Assembly (NCBI RefSeq): GCF_021378375.1
Contig: NZ_CP076228.1
Span: 270,001-302,000, forward strand
Length of the DNA stretch: 32,000 bases
Source: Wolbachia endosymbiont of Drosophila innubila
GTDB lineage: Bacteria > Pseudomonadota > Alphaproteobacteria > Rickettsiales > Anaplasmataceae
Direction: 5' to 3'
The translations under genes and the position numbers were made by a program. A model generated the notes under the pieces. The model ran no database searches and was not told the origin of the DNA. It worked only from the letters and a program-made list of their open reading frames with translations. Below, one piece after another: positions 8,626-15,699 of this stretch. The first letter of the stretch is position 1, and every line of letters begins with the position of its first letter.

Positions 8626-9731
8626 ACTTTACTATAGCTCAATAATGCTATGTCTAACATTCTCAGCGAAAAAGCCCACTCATTGTCATACCACGCTGCA
8701 ACCCTGCATATATCACCTGTAACATATGTACCAGTTAAATCCACAATTGCACTATAAGGGTTATGCACAAAATCTATTGAGACTAAAGGTTCCTCGCATA
8801 TAGAAAGTACATTTGACATTGGATAACCCTCTGTCATCCTAGTACCCTCTGATGTCATCCGAGTAGCTGACACTGGGATCCAGAAATTAGATTCCAGCGT
8901 CACGCGCTGGAATGACGTAGAGGAGAGAGCTGCATCCTTAAACATTTCATTGATTTCTTTAACGGTCGCTTTCTTATCAGTCGTAAATGTAAAATCAACC
9001 ATAGAAACATTGCTAACCGGAACTCTGACGGCAGTGCCATCTAGCTTGCCCTTTAATTCAGGAATTATAGAACCAATTGTTTTTGCTGCCCCGGTTGTAG
9101 TTGGCACCATAGATAATCCGCAAGCCCTTGCTCTACGCAAATCTTTATGATTACCATCAAGAACATTTTGATCATTCGTGTAGGCATGTATAGTAGTCAT
9201 AAAACCGCTTTTTATACCTAAACTGGAGTGTAGGACTTTCACAATCGGAGCAAGGCAATTTGTAGTGCAAGAACCTGCTGATATCACTTTATGCTCTTTT
9301 TCGAGCATATCGTCATTCACACCATAAACTATAGTGACATCAGCATCCGGAACTGGAGCAGAGACAATTACTTTCTCTGCATTGTGCCTTATTGCTTCTT
9401 CACGTTTATTGAATGCACCAGTACATTCAAGTATTACATCAACATTCCAAGGAATATTTTCAGGATTCCGTTCTCTATATAAAGAAAACTTTTTGCCATT
9501 TATAGAAATCCAATTTTGAGACTCATTAAAATCAATATCACCACTGAATTTGCCATGAACAGAATCATATTTAATCAAATGTGCATGCTGCTTTGCACTG
9601 AGCGATCCATTGACAGCTACAACTTCTATTTGTTTGCTATATTCTTCTATTTCGAAAATAGCACGCAATACGCCTCTGCCTATTCTACCCAGACCATTAA
9701 TTCCTACACGAATCGTCATCTCTTCATTCAA
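8622..9731 (-). CDS. gap: Glyceraldehyde-3-phosphate dehydrogenase carrying an in-frame palindromic-repeat insertion
   Basis: NAD-binding N-terminus GINGLGRIGR, active site SCTTNCLAP, and C-terminal WYDNEW. An extra ~30-aa segment (SFQRVTLESNFWIPVSATRMTSEGTRMTEG) is encoded by repeat DNA. Confidence 0.9.
   Translation of the reverse strand: MNEEMTIRVGINGLGRIGRGVLRAIFEIEEYSKQIEVVAVNGSLSAKQHAHLIKYDSVHGKFSGDIDFNESQNWISINGKKFSLYRERNPENIPWNVDVILECTGAFNKREEAIRHNAEKVIVSAPVPDADVTIVYGVNDDMLEKEHKVISAGSCTTNCLAPIVKVLHSSLGIKSGFMTTIHAYTNDQNVLDGNHKDLRRARACGLSMVPTTTGAAKTIGSIIPELKGKLDGTAVRVPVSNVSMVDFTFTTDKKATVKEINEMFKDAALSSTSFQRVTLESNFWIPVSATRMTSEGTRMTEGYPMSNVLSICEEPLVSIDFVHNPYSAIVDLTGTYVTGDICRVAAWYDNEWAFSLRMLDIALLSYSKV
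8829..8920 (-). repeat. Family-1 composite palindromic element within the gap coding sequence
   Basis: Plus strand 8851-8918 reads GATGTCATCCGAGTAGCTGACACTGGGATCCAGAAATTAGATTCCAGCGTCACGCGCTGGAATGACGT. This is the same family as the intergenic copies. Boundaries are approximate. Confidence 0.85.
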
Positions 9732-9830
9732 AAAATTTAATTATAGAGGATATCACTTGATATTTCATTTTATTCTTTTGCTTTTCTATCGATATGAACA
9801 TTATAGCAAGGAGACAGGGCTAAAAACTTG

Positions 9831-10292
9831 CTTGACAAACTCCGCCAGCTCCCCTATCATGAAACTGAAGCTATTGTATTTGCTTTCGCCAATCTGCAGA
9901 TTAAAAGGTAAGGATTACTTAATGTATCGGCGTCTTATGTTCAATTTTTTGCAGTATATAGATACTGTATGTCTTTACAAAACTTCATCTACATCTAGAT
10001 TTTTATCTAAATAAGCTGAACGCGCTTATAAAGCGTTACAAGACATCAAAAAATGCCAATACTCGACAGAGATAGTAAAAGACTAGCTAACTCGGGGATT
10101 CTTTTGTCTTTTTCTGCTTAGTAAACTTCTTAAACATTTGCAGCGTAAGTTAGTTGCAATTAAAAGCAGCTTAATCTTGCTTGTCAAGCGTTTAAAACAT
10201 AAAAAACGCCAATATTTTAAAGCGGATAATAACCCCAGGGCTTCTTTTGCCTTTTTTTTCATTTGGTAAATTTCTTAATGTTTATAGCTAAA
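9831..10292 (+). repeat. ~462-bp repeat, copy A, with a promoter-like motif at its 5' end
   Basis: Aligns end to end with the reverse complement of 24872-25334. By eye I count about 6 substitutions plus T-run length differences. TTGACA at 9832-9837, 17-nt spacer, TATCAT at 9855-9860. An internal ~156-bp module (10031-10186) is repeated in diverged, shortened form at 10187-10292. Confidence 0.9.
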
Positions 10293-10320
10293 AGAGCCCA
10301 AGAGAGGTCAATGCCCCTGT

Positions 10321-10403
10321 GATGTCATTCCAGTGCTTGACACTGGAATCCAGCCTTTATTATGCAGCCACTTGGTTGAAATTAAGTCTTCTGGATCCCA
10401 GTG
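10321..10403. repeat. Family-1 palindrome plus the left half of a second palindrome that is interrupted by the insertion at 10404
   Basis: GATGTCATTCCAGTGCTTGACACTGGAATCCAG at 10321-10353. TTTATTATGCAGCCACTTGGTTGAAATTAAGTCTTCTGGATCCCAGTG at 10356-10403 matches 16796-16843. Confidence 0.85.
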
Positions 10404-10729
10404 GGCTTTGTTGCATCGCTAGCTATGATGGATTAAAGATAAAAAAGATAGGGAATATCAGTAGCTTATTATTCTGGTATTTATAACAAGAACGGTCAAT
10501 GAATACCTAAATTTGAGTAAAAGAAATTTCACTACCATTTACCAATCCGGCTAAAATTCAAGAATTTCAATGCTTTAGCTATTTTCAATAGAATTAAATT
10601 TATTAATATAAATAACAAATTACTATTCTTAAATTTGATCAGATTGATTGCAAAAAAACAAGATTTTCAATAGGTTGCTTATAATCCTAACTATAGTTAG
10701 CCTTTCATAAGTAGCGATGCAACAAAGCC
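10404..10729. mobile_element. 326-bp MITE-like non-autonomous element
   Basis: Perfect 18-bp terminal inverted repeats: GGCTTTGTTGCATCGCTA (10404-10421) and TAGCGATGCAACAAAGCC (10712-10729). Flanked by the 9-bp direct repeat ATCCCAGTG (10395-10403 and 10730-10738). The interior is AT-rich with no ORF in the track. Removing the element restores the intact palindrome seen at 3492-3524. Confidence 0.7.
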
Positions 10730-10856
10730 ATCCCAGTGTCAAGCACTGGGATGACAAAAAAAGGAGGCTACTCGGATGACAGGAGAAGGTACTGCCGTCA
10801 TAAAGGAACCAGTTTCAGCTACTTTCATGACATCGTTGTAACATTGTACCATATTA
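10730..10856. repeat. Right half of the interrupted palindrome plus an extended family-1 segment
   Basis: ATCCCAGTGTCAAGCACTGGGATGAC at 10730-10755. It is followed by ..GGCTACTCGGATGACAGG..CAGCTACTTTCATGACATCGTTGTAACATTGTACCATATTACAAT. The tail matches 3517-3554 upstream of the capsid gene. Confidence 0.8.
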
Positions 10857-10902
10857 CAATTTAGCGTTTTTAGTAACTAAGAAAGTGCTTCCCCCTTTTA
10901 GA

Positions 10903-10933
10903 GCACTGCATATAATAGAATTATATGCAGTGC
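10903..10933. promoter_or_regulatory. Perfect 14-bp inverted repeat (hairpin or operator candidate) containing TATAAT
   Basis: GCACTGCATATAAT (10903-10916), AGA, ATTATATGCAGTGC (10920-10933). Lies 38 nt upstream of the prohead protease ATG. The structure is certain; its function is unknown. Confidence 0.4.
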
Positions 10934-10970
10934 ATTGCGAAACAAAATTCCCAATACTACAGGAGGCTTT

Positions 10971-11504
10971 ATGAATAAGAAATTTTTCTATTCACCATTG
11001 TCAATAAAAAGTATAGGAGAAAACGGTGTATTTTCTGGTTATGCGAGCGTTTTTAACATAGTTGATAAACAAAATGATCTGATATTGCCCGGAGCATTTA
11101 AGGAAAATTTAAACAGAAATAAAATAAAACTCCTTTGGCAGCATAATCCTGACGAACCTATAGGTAGTATCATAGATATTTATGAAAATGATGTTGGCCT
11201 GTATATAACCGCACATTTACTTTTGGGTATTCAGAAAGCAGAAGAAGTGTATTTGATGCTCAAAACTGGGGCAATTAACGGACTTTCCATCGGCTATATA
11301 CCTATAGAGTATGATGTTGATCATAAAAGTGGAGCTAGAGTGTTAAAACAAGTGGAATTATGGGAAGTCAGTTTGGTCACTTTTCCTGCAAACTTGGCTA
11401 CTCAGGTAATCAATGTGAAAAATCAGAACAATGAACAGGGAGTGTTAGCAAGAGCGATAGAAAAAGCAAATGCTGTACTTGCAGACATGTACATTTCTGC
11501 TTAA
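10971..11504 (+). CDS. HK97-family phage prohead (maturation) protease
   Basis: ATG 10971 is preceded by AGGAGG at 10961-10966. Family strings are present: FSGYASVFN..D...D.I.PGAF, LLWQHN..EPIG, GLSIGY, and VELWEVSLVTFPAN. Confidence 0.85.
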   Translation: MNKKFFYSPLSIKSIGENGVFSGYASVFNIVDKQNDLILPGAFKENLNRNKIKLLWQHNPDEPIGSIIDIYENDVGLYITAHLLLGIQKAEEVYLMLKTGAINGLSIGYIPIEYDVDHKSGARVLKQVELWEVSLVTFPANLATQVINVKNQNNEQGVLARAIEKANAVLADMYISA

Positions 11505-11639
11505 AGTGTATTAGGCGGGCAAAGACTTTACCATAATTTGACACCTGCGTTAGTATTTGTTTAACATTTATACTAATATATATAACTTTATTACTATTAA
11601 AATTTTCTGTAAATTAAAGTTAAAAAATAAGGTAATTTT

Positions 11640-13415
11640 ATGCTAAATATTAATAATAAGGTTAATTATGAAATTAATATTAAGCGAAAGGAAAAAAAAT
11701 ACAGCTGGTCTACTGTATTTGCTTGGTTATATCTAAAAACGATTGGACGAATATTGCCCAAGAGATGGAATAGATGGGCAGAAAATATTTTGTACTACGA
11801 TAAAACTACTGCAAACAATGAAGTTCAAACTGATGCTTTTAAGACAATAGATGGAAGTGTTCAAGTTGACTTAAAACCTGAAGTTGTAGAGAAAGAGAGC
11901 CAAAGTGTAGTGATAAACAAAGATGGAGGGGTTCAGACTGATGGAGTAGCATTGATAACAGAGGAAGATGATGAAGCATTAGAAGAACAGCTGGAGGGCA
12001 TAAATTAGGAATTAGAACTTGAACGTTTACAAAATGCTTCCTTAAAAGAAGAAAATAGAGAATTACGATCTGCAATTGAAGGACTTGAAAAGAGTTATAA
12101 GGGACTTACAGAAGATGCAGGCGAACGAGAAGAGGAACTAACCAAATACAAACAAGATAAAAAAGCAATGCAGGATAAAGTTGATGAACAACAGAAAACT
12201 ATATTTGATCAATACATGATAATAAGAGAGCAAGGAGAAGAAATTGAAGCTACTAGGAAAGATAATGAAAGTCTGCAAGCACAAATAATAGAACTTAAGA
12301 GTAGGTTAAAGGACAAGGAGGATAAATTAATTGAATTGAATCAACAATGGCAAGCTAGCAAATTAGTGGCTTTACTTAAATCACAGACTGATAAATTGTG
12401 TCAGGCTAAAGACAAAAATACTGAATTAGAAAATAAAGTCAGTGACTTAGGTCATGAAAACAAAGCTCTACGATTAAGTGTGAATACATTGACTGCTCAA
12501 TTGGGTGAAATGGAGAACTTGGGGAAGCAATTACAAAGTGTTCAAGAATCTAAACAACAATTGGAGATTGATTTAGAAGGTCAATTGAAAGCTGACACTA
12601 AGAAACTACAGGAAGCAAAAGAAGGTCAATTGGCTAAAAAGGCAGGTGCAGTGAGTACAGTATCTACTGCAAAATCAACTCTTTCAAAATTACGAAACTT
12701 GCCCAATAAGCTTTCTAGGGATAAGGGTCTCAATAACTTTTTATCTGGGAAAAACGAGGAGTTAAAAAAAGGTTTTCCTGAATTTAAAGAGAAACACTTT
12801 TGCCATAACGTGCTTAATGAAACTATAAAGTCTCTATCAAATCAAGATGATGGCAAATTTGAAAGCAGTAAGCTGCTTGAATTATTAGAAAGTAATTTGA
12901 AACAATCCGCAAGGGAGATCATAGAAGCTAAGGTTAAAGAAGTTGTCAACGAACATTGTAACATTGGAAAAAATATGGGTAAAGAACTACGAGATGACAC
13001 GTTAAAAGCCAAGTGGTCACCTTCTGTTAGAAAATGCGTAAAAAAATTAGAATTTAACAAACAAGAAGGGGTAAATAAGATTGTAGACTCTATCTTGCAC
13101 AGCTTTAATAGCAAGAATAATAATAATAACGACTCAGGAGAATTGCTTAAAGAAATTGTTACAGGAAAATTAACAGAGGCTAAAATGAAATGTTTTTCAA
13201 ATAAGATTCAAGAGTTACAACTGGCATTAAGCATAAGAGATAAATTTTTATCTCCAGATCAGGAAATGTGTAATCAAACTCAAGGAGGAGTAAACGAATA
13301 TCAATTAACAGAAAAAGCTAAAAAAGAACATATACCTAATTCCTCTATGAGTTCCCCTAATATTGCAAGCATACATTCATTGAACAGTCAGAAAGCAGTT
13401 AGAATAGGTCCTTAG
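11640..13415 (+). pseudogene. Large coiled-coil protein gene interrupted by one in-frame TAG (12006-12008)
   Basis: ORFs 11640..12008 and 12168..13415 are in the same frame. The 159 nt between them (12009-12167) have no stop and translate as coiled-coil sequence (ELELERLQNASLKEENRELRSAIEGLEKSYKGL...) that continues into the second ORF. Confidence 0.65.
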
Positions 13416-14574
13416 CATAAAGCACCAGCTCCTCTTTTGTTAAAGTGTAGGAGCTATCTTCCCAATGTTGTTTTAGCAATTCCAAGTTTCTACCTAAACT
13501 TTTTCCTGGCTGGTGACCTATACTTATTAAATCATCGCCAGATAAAGGAAATTTTGGAATATTGAATGTGTTAGCAAATGAAATGTATTCATCAACATTT
13601 TCTCCAGACTCAACACCGCAAATTTTCACTAAATCACAATATAATTCTCTACCAAATAAAGATATGTATTTTTTTTGCTCTTTTTCTGAGAGTTCTGTTT
13701 TGATATCGTTGGATAGTAAAAATAGCAGCTTTTTCTTTTGCTTGTTCGAAAGACGTAAAAATTTGTTTACATATTCTCCAAGACTTAACCTGTCATTTTT
13801 TTTAGTAGCCCTAAGGAGTAACGCTAATTTTACTAGTGCATCAGTGCCCAAAAGAAGTGGCGAAGACAGAATTTCGCATTTTACTTCTTTTGGGATAATC
13901 TTTTGCAAAACATCAGATTCTTGCATGCTCTTAAGTGTTGGAAAAGGATCATTGCACTCCAGCAATTTAAGTATTTCATCTCTTATTCTCTCTCCAGAGA
14001 GGTTTTGGATCATATGCGAATGCTTTTTGCATACGCTTAGTATTTCATCACTCAAATCTCCGACACATATTTTTGCATGAAAACGAAAAGCTCTTAGAAT
14101 ACGTAGATAGTCTTCTTTAATTCTATCTTCAGCGTTGCCTATAAAGTTTAACCTTCGCGCTTTTAAGTCCTCTATACCACCAAAGTAGTCATATATATGG
14201 CCATGCTTATCTGCATACAGAGCATTAAATGTAAAGTCGCGCCTTGAAGCATCCGCTTGCCAATTATTGGTAAATTCTACTTTTGCATGCCTACCATCAC
14301 ATTTCACATCATGCCTTAGTGTCGTAATTTCAAAAGACCTCTGATTTAGAACCGCAGTGATAGTTCCATGTTTTAAGCCAGTTGGAATAGTTTTTATATT
14401 ACGGAGTTTTAGCGCTTTAATCGTTTGATTGGGAAGCAAATTAGTAGCTAAATCGATGTCGTGGACATCACGCTGCAAAATTGAGTCTCTCACACACCCG
14501 CCGACAAGCCTAGCCTCACCACCAAATTCCTCTATGGCATCAATAATTAAACTAGTCTCATGGTCAACTTGCAT
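13399..14574 (-). CDS. cca: CCA-adding tRNA nucleotidyltransferase / poly(A) polymerase family protein
   Basis: The N-terminal nucleotidyltransferase motif is present: ARLVGGCVRDSIL....HDIDLAT. Also RRDFTFNALY and a C-terminal helical tRNA-binding-like region. Confidence 0.85.
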   Translation of the reverse strand: MQVDHETSLIIDAIEEFGGEARLVGGCVRDSILQRDVHDIDLATNLLPNQTIKALKLRNIKTIPTGLKHGTITAVLNQRSFEITTLRHDVKCDGRHAKVEFTNNWQADASRRDFTFNALYADKHGHIYDYFGGIEDLKARRLNFIGNAEDRIKEDYLRILRAFRFHAKICVGDLSDEILSVCKKHSHMIQNLSGERIRDEILKLLECNDPFPTLKSMQESDVLQKIIPKEVKCEILSSPLLLGTDALVKLALLLRATKKNDRLSLGEYVNKFLRLSNKQKKKLLFLLSNDIKTELSEKEQKKYISLFGRELYCDLVKICGVESGENVDEYISFANTFNIPKFPLSGDDLISIGHQPGKSLGRNLELLKQHWEDSSYTLTKEELVLYAKDLF

Positions 14575-14622
14575 TTAGGTTAGTACGTACTGCAAGTTCA
14601 TATTATATGAAATGCTTGCAAA

Positions 14623-14648
14623 AGCCCTATATAAAAATATACAGGGCT
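14623..14648 (-). terminator. Possible intrinsic terminator downstream of the OTU gene
   Basis: On the minus strand: AGCCCTGTATA, TTTTT, a complementary arm ending ..TAGGGCT, then TTTGC. The stem has one mismatch and the T-tract is short. Confidence 0.35.
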
Positions 14649-14649
14649 A

Positions 14650-15582
14650 TTAAGATTTTACAAGTTGTGGTGCTCGTTGTTGATGAAATGGTTCTGCCAT
14701 CGATTCCGTACCACATCTTAGTAAACTTGAAGGGTTTTGCTGCTCTATGCGCTGCTTTATATCACTAACGCACTGCCCTACAACATCACCAATTTTTCCA
14801 TCAGCATTTTCTGCCAATAACTTATCAAATCCCTTTTCAATCTCTGCTCTCTCAGAGATATCCTTTGAAAGGTTACAATATTCTAAGATCTCGTCTAGCT
14901 GCAGTTTTTTTGCTAATAGGAAATCTTCTTGTTCTTGCTCTTGTTTAAGTTTGGTTTCCTCTTGCAGTTGTTTTGCTGAACTTTTATTTCTATCAAGCAA
15001 TGGTTCGAAATGCAATCCGCCTTTGTTTATTATATGCACAGTACTACTATCATCATAATCAACTTTATTGTATTCACCTGCACTTTTTGAACCTGAATTG
15101 TCTATTAATTCATGCAAAGACAGATCTTGGTTATCAACAGTCTGGTTCTCTATAACATGTAGCTTTACCTTATACTTTTCACAAAGTATTCTGCCTTCAA
15201 CGTCAGGATCACCCCACCTACTGTTACGCATAATGTCTGCTGTATAATCATCTACAGTTTCACTACGGTGCTGGCCATTGTTATCATGACTATTGACAAT
15301 TGCATTTGTAAACCACTTTGGTGGATTCTTTTGCGCAAATTCCCTACAATCATTTCTTAATTTTTCGGCAGTAACTTGCTCTCCTGTCTGTTGTTCTAGA
15401 CTTTGCCTGAACGAGTCAAAAAAACAGCTTCCATTACCAATTGCTTGTCCTACATAGAAATTGTCAGGGTAAGGGTTACTATTTAAAAGAGTTATTTCTT
15501 GCCCTGAGATCCTGGGCCTTTTTATTCCAACCTCAACATCATGAAAGTCACTTGGTAGTTTCCGTTTCTTAGCTGTAGTCAT
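14650..15582 (-). CDS. OTU-domain cysteine protease (deubiquitinase-like effector candidate)
   Basis: Cys motif GNGSCFFDSF (Cys53), a central WGD...E segment, and His motif GGLHFEPL (His191), spaced as in OTU domains. The N-terminus is basic (KKRK-x12-KRPR). Confidence 0.8.
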   Translation of the reverse strand: MTTAKKRKLPSDFHDVEVGIKRPRISGQEITLLNSNPYPDNFYVGQAIGNGSCFFDSFRQSLEQQTGEQVTAEKLRNDCREFAQKNPPKWFTNAIVNSHDNNGQHRSETVDDYTADIMRNSRWGDPDVEGRILCEKYKVKLHVIENQTVDNQDLSLHELIDNSGSKSAGEYNKVDYDDSSTVHIINKGGLHFEPLLDRNKSSAKQLQEETKLKQEQEQEDFLLAKKLQLDEILEYCNLSKDISERAEIEKGFDKLLAENADGKIGDVVGQCVSDIKQRIEQQNPSSLLRCGTESMAEPFHQQRAPQLVKS

Positions 15583-15699
15583 AGTTTTACCTTAATTTAA
15601 GCTATATATTACTATACCAACAAAATTGTCAATAAGCGACTAATTAAGTATAGCAGAAATTTTTAAATTATGCAATAGTTATAATTTTACATAGCAAAT

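Noticed and set aside
9610-10014. ORF 9610..10014 (plus) and its counterpart 25151..25333 (minus), as a conserved small protein encoded by the 462-bp repeat
   Set aside because: The ATG used in copy A is ATA in copy B. There the ORF exists only through an alternative TTG that is itself the -35 hexamer. The 5' part of 9610..10014 is antisense to gap. This is more likely non-coding.
3633-13415. A complete prophage (for example phage WO) or a GTA head-tail cluster
   Set aside because: Only two head genes are present, and housekeeping genes separate them. No terminase, portal, tail, baseplate, lysis, integrase or att-like features are visible in the window.
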